Source: the human T2T-CHM13v2.0 reference genome, Homo sapiens | Length of the DNA: 64,000 nucleotides | Assembly: GCF_009914755.1 (NCBI RefSeq) | Contig: NC_060926.1 | Reading direction: 5' to 3' (one strand) | Shown here: in pieces, positions 14,221 to 29,834 of the stretch | Layout of the letters: every line of letters starts with the position of its first letter | Position numbering within the stretch: position 1 is the stretch's first letter | Translations under genes and position numbers: made by a program | Notes under the pieces: model-generated | What the model saw: the letters and a program-made list of their open reading frames with translations, nothing else | Databases searched by the model: none | What the model was told of the DNA's origin: nothing

Positions 14221-15847
14221 ACATGGAGGAGACTCTGATCCTTGCCCCATATAAACTAATGCTTGCTTCACTTGTGGGACTGAGCAGAGGTGGGCAACAG
14301 CCAGACACTGGGCCAAGAGGAGGAACAGCCTATCTGCCCCAGTTCTATAGAAAGCTAGAGACAGAGTCCTGGTTTATCATACTGGCACTGAGCTTCATAG
14401 AGTTTCACATGAGTATAAATTCCCAGTTACTAGGGATGGGATTGGAGCAAATGTAGCTATCATGAAGGGCACACGTAAGAGGAATCTCAAGATGGAATTA
14501 TAGATGTCGATTCCATGCATAGGTATTTTACATGCGCACATGTGCACACACAAGTTAATAATGAAGTTGGAGTGTTCACGGGCTTTACAGTCTGCATAAC
14601 ACTGCATGCTTTCAGGATAAAGTCCAAACTCCCAGTGTAGCTCACAATGGCTTTCATGACCTGGGTCTGCCCACATCTCCAGCCTCACCTGGCCGCTCAG
14701 CTCCTGAGGCACTGAGGTACTTGCAGCTCCTCTGGCTGCTGCCTCTACTGGGACCAGCCACCTGACTAGTTCTGCCTCACCATTCAGGTCCCAGCTCAGT
14801 TGTCACTTCCCTTTGGAGGTCTACGTTGACACCACAAACCACCACCACTGAATCAGAGATGATGTCCCTTTTTGGGCCTCTGTAGGTTCCTCATCACAGG
14901 GCACTGCCATTGGTTGTTTCCTGTCACCCATCTGACTAACAGACTTCCCAAGAGGAGGTCTCAAGGAACTTCAACTGCCACTGTCCCGCAGTGCCCTGCA
15001 CACAGCCCAGCACACTCAATAAATAGCACTCAGTAAATATTTTTTAAGTGAATGAAATCCTTCACTTTGGGTTCTTGAAATCCTTTTACCAAAAACATCA
15101 GTTAAGCATGGTATAATTAATTTTTAACCATTGAAATTTGAAAGAAATCAACTGACATTTTACTAAAATAGAAGGGAAATTCACCTTTGAGGCCTTCTTG
15201 GATGAAAGACACAAATGGTAGCTTTTCTTTTTAATGTATGGCACAACTCTAAATATAAAAACCAGCTCCATACTGAGATCAAGAATCTACTCATTATGAA
15301 GCAACAGATGCATCATATTCCTTTTTTATAAATGTAAATGATATCTTTTTTTTTTCTTTACAGAACATTATGGGTTATGGGCAGGGAGAATAGAGTTCTC
15401 AATGGATTGGCTGTATTTTGTTTATTAGTAATATGATAACGTTGGATGTGTATACATATGTGTATTGCAATATAAATTCATCATTTGATTTTTATGAAGA
15501 AATTGATCACTCAAAACATTTATTTTTAAAGACAGCTGCAGCCCTGACCTGAACATTGGATTTGACTGAAGTCCCAGTTATGTCTCTGCCCTCCCATGAC
15601 CTTTAGCAGGGCAGGTTTCTACACTGTGCTGGGTTCCCTGAAATCACAGAATGAGGCTGGTAAGGCCGGCATAGTGGGTCTAGTGAGGAGGTCAATCCGA
15701 TGGGATCTGGAATCCACGGGCCTGGTTCTGAGCCTGCTCTCCCATCTGTAATGGTGATTCAGTTCCTTAACCTCTCAGGGTGCAATTCCTTCAAGGGTTT
15801 ATTATTACTTTTTGCTTTTTCTTGTCCATACTAGACCATAAGCTTCC

Positions 15848-16139
15848 TTTTTATTTTGAGACAGAGTGTTGCTGTGTTGCCCAGGCTGGAGTGCAGTGGC
15901 ACAATCTCTGCTCACTGAAAACTCCGCCTCCCAGGTTCAAGCGATTCTCCTGCCTCAGCCTCGTGAGTAGCTGGGATTGCAGGTGCCCACCACCACGCCC
16001 AGCTAATTTTTGTATTTTTAGTAGAGATGGGGTTTCACCATGTTGGCCAGGCTAGTCTCAAACTCCTGACCTCAAGTGCTCCACCTGCCTTGGCCTCCCG
16101 AAGTGCTGGGATTACAGGCATGAGCCACCACGCCTGGCC
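15848..16139 (-). mobile_element. AluS (Sx/Sz-like)
   Basis: Full dimer; TSD gaccataa(g/a)cttc. Confidence 0.9.
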
Positions 16140-17564
16140 GACCATAAACTTCTTGAGGATGCATTCTCCTTGTTAATTATTGCAGTTTTACAACATGTAA
16201 AAATATTATTAATGATATGTCTATACAAAATTATTAAAAATATCTTTTGTCCATTTCATAAGGCTAAGAACAGTGTATAGAATACAATCAATCAGATTGG
16301 GAGGGAAGAATGAATGAGTGCATGACCAGAAACAAAATTACTCTTTTGAAATTGTGAGTGTCATTTTTCCACTGGGAAGCTCTTTGAAGGCAGAGACTTG
16401 GGCTATTTGTTATGAAATCCCCAGAGCCCTAAACACTGTTCTAGGACTCTTTCATGTTGCCAGAAAATGATTTAATATATGAGTAGATAGTGAAATGTAA
16501 TATTTAAATAAAATACTCTGAATTTTTTTCTTATTTATTGCTCTAAGGTAGGAAATGTAGAAAATCAGGTCCCAACTCTCATGTTGAAAAAATCTCTTTG
16601 AGAATCTTAGACTTTCTTATCTTTGTAGCTGGAATAGTTCTGACTTTTCAATTATGTAGTGGCCAGAAGACCCTCAGCACCCAAACCATAGCTGCATGAG
16701 TGATGCATTTTTCTTTATGTCACAATCTTGATTATTAGTGTGAAGTTCCTAAACTATGCCCAAGAGCAGCAAAGGGGGCAGTTCTTATTGAGGCCTTTTG
16801 TCAATAAGGGCACAGTAAAAAGAATCATTCTCATGATTTTATCCATTTATTCAACAAATGTTCATTAAATGCCCCTCTATGCCTGGCCTCTGTGCCCATG
16901 AATATTACAGCTCTCAAGTATGCCTGGGCCTGTGTTTGGACCCATCTCATACATTCTCTTGCATAAACCTTGGAACAATCAAATGAAGTTTTATTCTCTC
17001 TGTTTCATTGAGGAGGAAGCAGAGGCATTTAGAGGCCCCTGCCCTCAGAGATAATGTTGGGATTGGAATTGAACTCTTGATGTCTGTCTGTTTCCAAAGC
17101 CTCTTCCCTTTTCCTCCCTGTTTTTCTCATATCTCTGTATTTAAAAAAATAGTATGAGAGGGCAAAACTTCAAGACTTATTTGTTTAAGAAGCATTTGTC
17201 ATGCGTTGGGTGAAACTAGAAATGTAGTCACCAACTAGATGGCAAAGACTTTAATTGATAGGAAGTGTTAGCAACATATCTGCTTATCATCAACTATGTG
17301 GAAGGACCAGTCCCTAAAACCTGCACCACCACCGCCAGCTTTCTGAGTGATTTCCACTTTCAGGTGTCAGACTCATTCGTGACAACTTCTTGTCATGGTC
17401 TCCCTTGACAGCCCCCCTACTGAAGAGAGCCAGATGCCCCACGGAAGACAGAAAAGATCCAACCGAGACTCCAGTGGCAGAGACATGGCTATGTGCAGTT
17501 GTATTCATTTACACTTACTCTGATTCACATTCACAGGACACTGTATTAATTGCTGCACCAAGTA

Positions 17565-18227
17565 GAGTTGGTTCTTATTATCTGAGGCAGCTATGGTCTA
17601 TAAAGCTGCTTCAAACATTGAATTAGTGAATACTAAACTATTGCTCATATAGGCAATGCAGGGTTAGAATTCTCTGAGCCTCTGTTCCCAACGTTTTCCT
17701 CAACTGATTAGTCTATAACCTTGCTTTATGTGTGTTTCTGTTTAGATGCCGTATTTAATAGATACTGTTGACTCATTAACAATGAACTCTTGGCCAACAG
17801 CTCTATAACTCATGCCTGAATGAAGCTTCTCTGACACACACATTTTCTCTGTAAGGCACATCACAGCCTTTTTGCACTTAGAAACACTTGACAGCACTAT
17901 ACTTTGGGGCTATTTTAAACAGTGACGTCATCAACAAAAAGCACAAAAATGCAAAAAAAAAAAAAAAAAATGGGGCACTAAATAGACCGTGAAAAGGACA
18001 CTTGTTGACAGCAGGAGAGCTGAGACATGGAGGCAGAGCGTTGCCTTGTTTGACCTCAGCTGGGAAGGTGTGGGTAGGTTGACTCCAAGTTTTTGCTGCT
18101 CCGTGCCTGTCTGAGAATGAGTGAGAAAGAACCATGAGTACTGATTTTGGGGTTTCAAATAACTGTTAGTGAGCAGTGAGTAGGCGAATTCACAAATACA
18201 GCATCTGTGACTAATGAGGATTGACTG
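17565..18227 (+). mobile_element. MER82, copy 2
   Basis: Colinear with the 868-1517 element (ttgactcattaacaatgaactc, caacaaaaagcacaaaaatgc, gattttgggg); ends gaggattgactg. Confidence 0.8.
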
Positions 18228-18279
18228 CTGAGTGGGTTCCTGGCCCCTCGTTTATCCCTAGCTTCTCATTACTCTCCGT

Positions 18280-19510
18280 TGATCTCTTCTCATCCTGTCT
18301 TTTTAAAAACACCATCTGCATTAGTTCCCCAGGGCCTCAGGCAGTCTCTCCTCCTGCACCCGTCACCGCCCTGCTCTGTAGCCACTTCACTGCTGTCCTA
18401 TCCCCATGTCCACCCCTTCTCCTCCTGGACCTCACGGCCGCGTTGGATGTGGGTGACCACTCCTTCTTTCTTGAAACCCTCTGACCTCTGAGATTTGGTC
18501 CCCTCTCAGGCCAAGACTTCTTACTCTTCACAGACCGGCTTCTTCCTGCTGCCCCTGAAACCATGATGTTACCCAGGGTTCCAGCCTCAGCTCTCCTTCT
18601 GCTCATGGCCTTCCCTCTCCTGGGTGATGCCAAGCACCCCCAGGGCTTTGACACCCAGCTGTCTGGGGATTCTTCCCCCTCTCCTCCACACTGTCCCTCC
18701 AGCCTGGACTCCAATCAATGGCAGCCTGCCAGACACCTCCGTCTGGGTATTCCACACCACGTTCAAAATGCAATTCTTCCCTCGGAGACTCACTCTTCCC
18801 CCTGTCTCCAACTCATCTTCCAAGGTCCCCCAGGCCTGAAGCAGATGCATCTCAGACCTCCTCCCCACCTCACCCAGTTGGTCACCGAGGTCTGCTAATC
18901 CTTGCTCCGAAATGTTTCACAGCTCTGTCCTTTTCGAGCTGTTGGCTCCAGTTCCAGCTGCATCTCTAGCCTGCTATGTTCAGCATTTTCCTGGTGGCTG
19001 TGTCTTGTTTCCCTCAAAGGCACCTGTGCACTGTCATCAGAGTCATCTTATAATGAGTCTGGGGTCTTGCTGTGCTGGAGGATGGGGATGAGCTCCCTCA
19101 GAGTGTGAGCCTCAACAGTCCTCGCCCACACACCCAACAGTGTGCGCCCACTGTCCCCAGCCTTGCGTGCTGCTTCTGTCTCCCGAGTCACATGGGAGAA
19201 CCTCACACAGCTGACTGTTCTCCCGGGGTCCCAGTCTGGGTCTCACCTCCACTCTCAGGCCCCCTCTGCTGGGATACAGTATCCCCGCCCCATCTTATCC
19301 TCCGAGTTCAGCTTACATGCCCTCTTCAGGAACCCTTTTCCTCGGGTTTCCTGCACATAGGCGTCTCTGGAATTGGCATTTATCAAGCTGTACTCTAACT
19401 ACTTCCACCCCCTTCACTAGGTTGTGGGAGGTTTTTGAGGTCAAAACTATGCCTCATTGATCTTTGTAACCCCCAGCAAATGCTCAGTGCATACATGTTT
19501 ATTGAACAGA
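18280..19510 (+). mobile_element. L2 remnants
   Basis: ctcctggacctc...gaccactccttctttcttgaaac plus L2 3'-end-like tgctcagtgcatacatgtttattgaa. Confidence 0.6.
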
Positions 19511-19793
19511 TGAACTGATAAATGGATGAATGGCTGGATGGCGTATCCTGATCTCCAGCCCCACACCCGCACACGGTGGCAGCTGTGGCCAACCTACTCT
19601 TTTGCTTTTGCTTGGTTCCTTCCTTCCTTACCTCACACCACAAACACCTTCATAGACCTGCCTGGGGCCCAACACCTGGCTGCAGCCTCTGCTTGGGGTC
19701 TCTTTGATTCTTCCCTTTATGAGAGATTTGAGCTTCCTTTCTGGGGTTGTGTATCTGCTCCCCAGACCCAGTTACCTGTTCTTCCTCCTGCAG

Positions 19794-20082
19794 GTGTCCC
19801 TCGCCCTTTTGGTTTGTTCAAGGAGCTGCTGCTTTGCATAGCTGCTCTAGTGTCTGGTATCATCGGATCTGGTTTTGAATAATTCCCAGGAGTCCTGGGT
19901 CCCTGGCCTCCAAAGCTGGAATGTGAACGCATGCCACGGTGGTCTGACCCTCACACTCCTTTTCTCTTAACAGCAAAATGCAATGGAAGGAAGAAAAGTT
20001 CCAACAAAGAATGATTTTGTGAATTCTGTGATTTTTCTTCTGATCAGTTTCAATCTGTAATAAATGCCTTATTTTTCCTGTA
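19794..20082 (+). other. SPP2: SPP2 terminal non-coding exon (3' UTR)
   Basis: Acceptor ttcttcctcctgcag|, AATAAA at 20059-20064, and U/GU-rich downstream sequence. The 3' end is approximate. Confidence 0.85.
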
Positions 20083-20130
20083 AGACTTTTTCTTTCGTTG
20101 CCTGGTTGTTGTTGTTGTTGTTGTTGTTTT
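20059..20130 (+). terminator. SPP2: Polyadenylation signal AATAAA plus downstream (TTG)n/T-rich element
   Basis: AATAAA at 20059-20064, followed by ttttt tracts and ggttgttgttgttgttg at ~20104-20130. Confidence 0.8.
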
Positions 20131-20186
20131 TAAAGTAACATTAACTATGAAATTTTTTGATGAGAAACTAATAAGATTGGTGTTAG

Positions 20187-20621
<435 letters not shown>

Positions 20622-20659
20622 TATTTCTGATTTTAATTTTGAAAAATCATCCATGGAGC

Positions 20660-20925
20660 TCAGGGGACTTTCAGGACAGTGAAACTGCTCTGTATGTTAC
20701 TGAAATGGGAGATGCATGACATTATGCACTGTGAAAACCGGGAGGATGTGTGACACAGAGCGCACACCCTAATACTCCACACTCGTGCGAGATGTTAATG
20801 GTAGAGGAAATTCTGTGGGGTGAGGTTTAGGGTGGGGGAAGGAGCTATCTGAGAACTCACTGTATTTTCTGCTCAACTTTTTAAGAAACCTAACACTGGT
20901 CTAAAAAATAAAGTTTATTAGTAAA
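20660..20925 (+). mobile_element. L1MC-type 3' end fragment
   Basis: gaaactgctctgtatg...gacattatgca...gaactcactgtattttctgctcaacttt...aaaaataaagtt. Confidence 0.6.
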
Positions 20926-21399
20926 AGAATTATCTGGTGGCTAAGGAGTAAGAGGTATCACAGTCATCAGTGTCCCCATAAAATACCCTTGTTGCTGCTT
21001 TTCCTCCAGGTTTCGCAGTCTAGGGAATCTATAGCAAAGCGAGCTTTCTATCAAAGCAGGTATTGCCAGGAAGAGATCCAGAGGACTGGGGCTTCTGTTC
21101 CCCAAGCCACTTAGAAATGTGCTCCAAATTGGTTCCGTTCCTGGAGCCGGGTCTGCTTTGGGGTTGATTGAGCAGTGAAAGAATTTGAGGATGTGAGAAT
21201 CTCCCAAACTAATCACAGTCTCCTGCTGGGGACTGAAACCCACATGCATTACCATGGCAGTGTCTGAAGACATCATGAACCCTTGAAAACTATTTCCTGG
21301 ATGAATATTACACTAAGTCATTATCAGTCATTTGTGCCTGGGTGTAGATGTGACTATTTAATTCTGCTCCATAGCAAACTGCTTTACTTGTTACAGCTT

Positions 21400-22400
21400 T
21401 TAAATGTCTGATAAAGCTAGTCCCTATCTCACTCTGATTCTTCTATAATTTTTCCAGAACTTTCCTGAATATTTTCATATGCTTATTTTATTTCAACTGT
21501 AGGATCAGCTTGTCAGGTTATGAAGAAAACTCTGATAGCATTTCAAATCAAATTAATTACATCAAATTTACAAATTAAGTTAGAAAAACATGACATTTTT
21601 GGATTTTTGAGTTTTGCTCCATAAGACTGAAATATACATTTCCATGTACTAAAGTCTTCCTTTATGCCCCTCTGGAGTTTAAGAATTTTCTCATATGTGT
21701 TCTGCATATTTCCCTTAAGATTTATTTATTGCTATAATTCTTTTCATTGTTATTATAAGTGGGATCTTTTGTCATTATATTTCATAATATAAAATTGACT
21801 AACTTATATTAGGATTTTGGCCTCTCTTCCTGCTGACTTTTCGTAGTGTTAATAATAGATTTTCAGCTGACACTCTTGAATATTCCATGTATTACAACCA
21901 TAACTTTTTCAAATAATATTAATTTTGCCTTCTTTTCATTTTTTTAAACTTTATTTCTTTCTTTTTCCTATTTCTTTGATGAGTCTATTCCAACAGGACT
22001 AAATTACAGGGTGATGATAGACTCCTCTGTGTCCCGTTCCATTCTAAGAAGCATTTTAGTGTTTCACCGTGGACAATGCTGACTTCTGTTTTGGTGTACG
22101 AGGGTCTATATTTTTAAGCACATTAAAGTTGCATCTGTTCTTCCACTATTAAGAGCTTACAACATAAATGTATATTGAACTTTATTAAATGTCTTGAAAT
22201 TATCTCATTTTGTTCTTCTTTGATTAAAAAAAGTAGAATGAATTGTTAACAAATCATCTTATTAAACCATCTTTGCTTTCTTGGGACAACCCCACTTGGT
22301 CATGGTTTACTACTCTGTAAATACGCCACTGTTTCATTCAGGTTGTTTATATTAAGCTCCCTAAGTGAGAACTGACTGTAGTTTATTCTATGCCGTCTTT
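21400..22400 (-). mobile_element. Highly degenerate old L1 ORF2 fragment
   Basis: AT-rich, with antisense L1 motifs such as ggacaacccacttggtcatggt. Confidence 0.5.
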
Positions 22401-22515
22401 GTTTGGTTTTGGTGTCCGGGTTGTGAAGTCCCTTCCATCTCTGTAGTCTCTCCACGGCATCGCCTCCTGTCCCTAAAACCTCCAACACTCTGGTCTAGTA
22501 AAGGACCCATCTTTA

Positions 22516-24560
<2,045 letters not shown>

Positions 24561-24744
24561 TTAACTATATATAAAGTAATATATATTAATTTACATATTT
24601 TTGTAATCTGCTAATCTTTGAATTCAGCATCCTTTTCCAAGGCTTTTCCTTCCACTTTCTTCTGGAAAGTTGGCAATAATATTCTTCATTTTTATTTCAC
24701 TTTCTTCCGGAGAGAGAGAATAGTAGCAAACAAATACTAGGCCT

Positions 24745-24896
24745 GGAATGTTAGATCCTTGCTTAGCAATGGTCGTTGGCCCAGGATCGTGCTGCAGTGT
24801 GTAAGGGGTACTGGCATCGGAATATTAGATCTTTGCTTGGCAACGATCATTGGTCCAGGAGAGTGCTGGGGTGTGTAAGGGGTACTGGCATTGGAA
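24745..24896. repeat. Two-copy 74-bp tandem duplication
   Basis: ggaat(g/a)ttagatc...gtgtgtaaggggtactggcat repeated at 24745 and 24819. Confidence 0.9.
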
Positions 24897-26295
24897 CTAT
24901 CTCATGTGTTTTAGAAATGTGTCCTTTGGGATGGTGGGAGCCAATTCCATCATTAACCTGGCTACCAGGCCCCAGCTCAGCCCATGCCTTTTCAGAGCAC
25001 TGCCTTTACTTGGGCATTAGCAGACCAGTAGAAATAGAAACACACGTAGTAAGGAACACGGCTGTAGGCAGCAACAGAGACGTCATGGAAGATGCAGACG
25101 GAGGCTGTGGGACCCACATACTCTGCACCCTCAGCCGAGCCTGTTTCTGAAAACAAACATGATCTACTTCCTTCAAGCCGGAATCCAGGTGTGTCATTAA
25201 TTTTCTGTTAAACAAAGAGAATGGTGGCTTTTTTGAGTGGAGCACACCTGTCCCCACTTGTGGAGTTGCAGAATGTGGGCACTGCCAGGATTCCCTCTCA
25301 GCTCTCACCTCTGTAGAAATCACGGCACAATACAAACAATGGAAAGCTCCTCTATTAAAATGTCTGGGTGCCACCGCGAGGCTTGCAGCAGAACAATTTT
25401 GGCCTCTCTCCAGAGGCAGGTGTGACCGGAGCCAACCTGTCTGGAGTGACTTTTTTACTATGAAACTATCAGCAGCATGGACGAGTGAAACAATGTTGCA
25501 TTATTTGGAGCCCCTGGGAATGTGCACACCCCTTATAAATGGACTGTGTTTACGCTCCTGTCCCTTCACAGCTGGGATTAAAAATTGCCAGAGTTCAAAT
25601 ATTTAATGTTCTTTCCTGTTTTCTATCCCTGGAACGTCTCAGTGTCGTCTGACTTGTTGCCAACACGTACACCAGATTTTTCCTCCCTTGCCCAGGTTAT
25701 CACATGTATGAGAAGCTGGACGGTCAGTTCTTGTCACCTTTGGTGATGTCTTAGCCTGAAAATCAGCCGGTGCCCTCCTCCAGTTTGGAGGCAGCCTCCT
25801 AGGGCTATTCTGTTCTGTGTTATTTTTCTTTCCAGGTTGCAACAAGATATTTAATTTTGATCATGAGAATAATTTTATATTGCATTTCACAATATGTTAT
25901 TTCATTTCCTCAGTGATTTTGGAATGTTAGTGGTCACAAAAGGATGTATGTAAGAGAAGTGGGAAAGGGGCAAGTTATGAATTACTCTATAGAATGTTAT
26001 GTACTGCAAAGATGACAAGTTCTATCTTTCTTTCTTGCTCAAGACCCCTGTCAGATCAGACTGCTTGGCAAGAGGAAGAATTTGAGTGAGAAAGTGGCAC
26101 TTCCAGATATTTAGCAGACCAGGCTGAGTCCTGATGTCTAAACACAGGCTGCAAGTGGCGTTGCACAGTCGGGGCGCAGCTATAGTTGCTATGGTAGTGG
26201 CTGGGGCCACTGGTCCAAGGAACAGATGAAATCTCTAACTGGGGTGAGCTGTAGGGAGCTTCTAGGATCACACAGGGACAAAGGAACAATGGCAG

Positions 26296-26685
26296 TGTCT
26301 TAGTCTGCTTGGGGGGCAATCACAAGATGCTATAGACTGGGATGCTTAAACAACAGACATTTATGGCTCTCACAGTCCTAGAGGCCAGGATATCCAGCAT
26401 CAAGGTGCCAGCAGATTTGGTTCCTGATGAATGCCCTTTTTCTGACTGGTGGCTGACTTGGTGGCTGACTTCTCACTGTGTGCTCACAGTGGAGAGAGCA
26501 GGAGCTCTGACCCCTCTTCCTCTTCTTATAAGGATACCCGCCAATCCCATCACAGAGCCACACCCTCAGGACTTCATCTAAACCTAATTGCCCCCCAAAG
26601 GCTTCATCTCCAAATACCATCATATTGCGGATTAGAGCTTCAACATATGAATTTTGAGGGGGAGACAAATATTCAGTCCATATCA
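26296..26685 (-). mobile_element. MaLR LTR (MLT1A/MST-like)
   Basis: tgtcttagtctg...tagactggg...cttaaacaacagacattt...ttcaacatatgaattttg...attcagtccatatca. Confidence 0.8.
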
Positions 26686-29451
26686 GTCATGAAGCATTAG
26701 ACACACAGAGCAGTTACACACTCCACTGACCATGGGAGCTCTGAGAGCTAGGGTCACATACTTGGCGGCTGACCAACTTCACCCCTACTTTCCCGATCCA
26801 GTGCTAGCCAATTCCCCAAATCAGCCAGGAGTGTGTCTGCTGCATCTCTGGACTCTCACAGTTGCTACAGTCCCAGTTCAGCCCCCCAAGATCACCCTGC
26901 AAAAGGACTCCCCAGGGTAAGAACCAGTCTTCCTGGAGGTACCAACAGGCAGAGAAAGAGAAACCTCCTCAACCTTCTCATTCTTATTTATTTTCCAACC
27001 ACATTTATTTCCATGGAACAGCAATAGGTCAGTGACAGAAGCCACAGTCTGAGACCCGCAGATTTCTCAAATGCACACGTTTGAGTTTGCATATATACCC
27101 CCAAACCACACTTTTTCTTGTTCCCTCTTTCGATTCCACCTTCATCTGTGCCCTCCACCTCACCAGGATATTCTGTATCACTCCTGGGTGGGGCCCCAGA
27201 GCTGACCTCTCCCTTGCCCAGCTCAAGTTTCTACATCTTCCTCCTGGTATTTTTGTGCCCTTATAATGTAGGACGTGGTTTGGGTCCCAGATGTCCGTGA
27301 TGGACCCCCATGTTTTCCTTCCTTGGTAGTAGATTGCTTTGGCTATTATTCTTTTATGATCCAAGTTATGCAAAGTATCAAGCATTTATTTTCTTAACTT
27401 TCTCGTTAGTAATAAAGTGAGCTGAATATTTCCCTTCACTGTCCATTATTGTTTTGTGCTATTTGTTGTGCAGACCATTTTATTTCAAATGCTGTCTACT
27501 CATTTCTAAAGTCCTATTTGAATGTGACTATATTAATATATTAAATGATCAGTTTCTCAATCAATATTTTACTTGCTAATAGGTTCACCCTGACCAAACC
27601 CTTGGACGGGGAGGAAATCCCTTCTATAAAAATAAAAATCTTGAACTTTCTGATTGTGAAGTTGGAGAGATAGATGAGTGGATACAGAGAGTCACAACTT
27701 TCCAGAGCAGAAATCCGCAAGCATAAACCTCTGGGGAAACCATGCCAGGGTAGGGAAAGCTGAGCTGTAATTGATGAATTGCTGATGGATCAGGATGTTG
27801 GACAGGTCTGAGTTTTAAAAACTCCAGGGGACACACTCAGAAGAAGTCTCCACATATTTGTGTTTCACCCTGAGATGCTCTAGCATCCTCACAGTGAACA
27901 TTGGAGAAAAATACCCCGAGGAATCATATTTACCTTTCAATAAAAAAATTACAAAACATACTAATAGGGAAAAAACCCTACAGTTTGAAGAGACTGAACA
28001 AATATCAGAACCAGAGTCAGATATGGCAGGAATTTTGGAATTTTCAGTACAGGAATAATTTTTAGAACTCCAAAACTATGATCAATATGCTAAGGGCTTT
28101 AATGAAAAAAAATAGACAACATCCAAAAGCAGATGGATAATGTAAGCAAAGAGATAGGCTAGAGATAAAAAATATTGAAAGAGAAATGAAGAATGCTGTT
28201 CATGGGCTCATTAGTAGATTGGATACAGACAAGGAAAGAATCTCCAAGTTTGAGGATATGTCAATAGAAATTTCCAAAACTGGAAAGCAAAGAAAAAATG
28301 ACCAACCCCACTCCCCATCCCCAACCAAAAACAAAACAAAACAAATAACAGAGCAGAGTTTCCAAGAACTGTGAGATGACTACAAAAAGCATAACGTATG
28401 TGTAATGGGGCTACTAGAAGACAAAGAAAGAGGGGAAGAAACAAAGCAATATTTGAAGCAACAATGACTGATAGTTTCCCCAAAATAATGCCAGAGGCCA
28501 AAACTACAGATCCAGGAAGCCCAGAGAACACCAAGCAGGATAAATACCCAAAAGAAATACACCTAGGCCAGGCATATCATATTCAAACTTCAGAAAAATC
28601 AAAGATAAAGAAAATGTCTTGAAAGAAGCCAGAAGAAGAAAACAACTTACTTAGAGAAAGGCAAAGATAACAATGACATGTGACGTTTTCTCAGAAACCA
28701 CGCAAGCAGGGAGGGAGTGGAGTGAAATATCTGAAATGTTGAGAGAAGAAACCCACTTCTTTACTCTGCATATAATTATCCTTCTTAGGTGAAGAAGAAA
28801 TAAGGACATTCTTAGACAAAAATTGAGAGAATTTGTTGCCAGTACGCCTGCCTTTGAAAGAAATGTTAAGAGAAGTTGTTTGACGAGAAAGAAAATGTTA
28901 TAGGTCAGAAACTTGTATCTACACTAAGAAATGAAGAGCATTGGAGAAGGAATAAGTGGAGACAAAGCAAGACTTTTATTGTTCTTATTCTTATTTGATC
29001 TAACAGATAATAGTTTGTTCAGAATAATAATATCTACATTGTGTTCTAATATATCTATAATATGCTTATGTATAAATGAAATAAATGGCAACAATGACAC
29101 AAGGAAGAAGAGGGAGAAATTAGGAATTTTTTGTTATTATAAGGTACTTGCATTACCCATGAAATGGCAAAATGTTATTTGAGGGTGGACTTGGATTAGT
29201 TGTTATGTGTGTTGGAAACTCTGAGGTAATCACTAAAAAGAGTAAAGAAAGAAAAAAAAGAAATATAATATGCTAAGAAAGAAGAGAAAATAGCATCATA
29301 TAAAATGCTCAGTTGAAATAAAAGGCAGAAACAGTGTAGAAGACAAAAATAAGAGCAAAGAACAAGTGCAACAAACAGAAAATAGTAACAAATTTGGTAG
29401 ATATTAGTCCAATGATCTCAATAATCACTTTAAACATCAATTTCCTAAATA

Positions 29452-29834
29452 TTAGATTGGTGCAAAAGTAATTGTGGGTTTTGCTATTACTTTTTTTTTT
29501 TTTTTGAGATGGAATCTCACTCTGTTACCAGGCTGGAGTATAGTGGCATGATCTCAGCTCACTGCAACCTCTGACTCCTGGGTTCAAGTAATTCTCCTGC
29601 CTCAGTCTCCCGAGTAGCTGGGATTACAGGCACGCACCACCATGCCCAGCTAATTTTTGTATTTTTAGTAGAGACGGGGTTTCACCATGTTGGCCAGGAT
29701 GGTCTTGATCTCCTGACCTCGTGATCTGCCCGCCTCAGCCTCCCAAAGTGTTGGGATTACAGGTGTGAGCCACCCCGCCCAGCCTGCTATTACTTTTAAT
29801 GGCAAAAACTGCAGTTACTTTTACACCAACCTAA
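29452..29834. mobile_element. MADE1 (Hsmar1-derived MITE) split by an Alu
   Basis: Left arm ttagattggtgcaaaagtaattg; right arm gcagttacttttacaccaacctaa; flanking TA dinucleotides. Confidence 0.9.
29495..29784 (-). mobile_element. AluSc-like element inside MADE1
   Basis: TSD tgctattactttt at 29482-29494 and 29785-29797; ggccaggatggtcttgatctc. Confidence 0.9.

Noticed and set aside
17228-17246. CTCF-like motif CAACTAGATGGCA
   Set aside because: A single imperfect match with a mismatch in the core; it cannot be supported without ChIP data.
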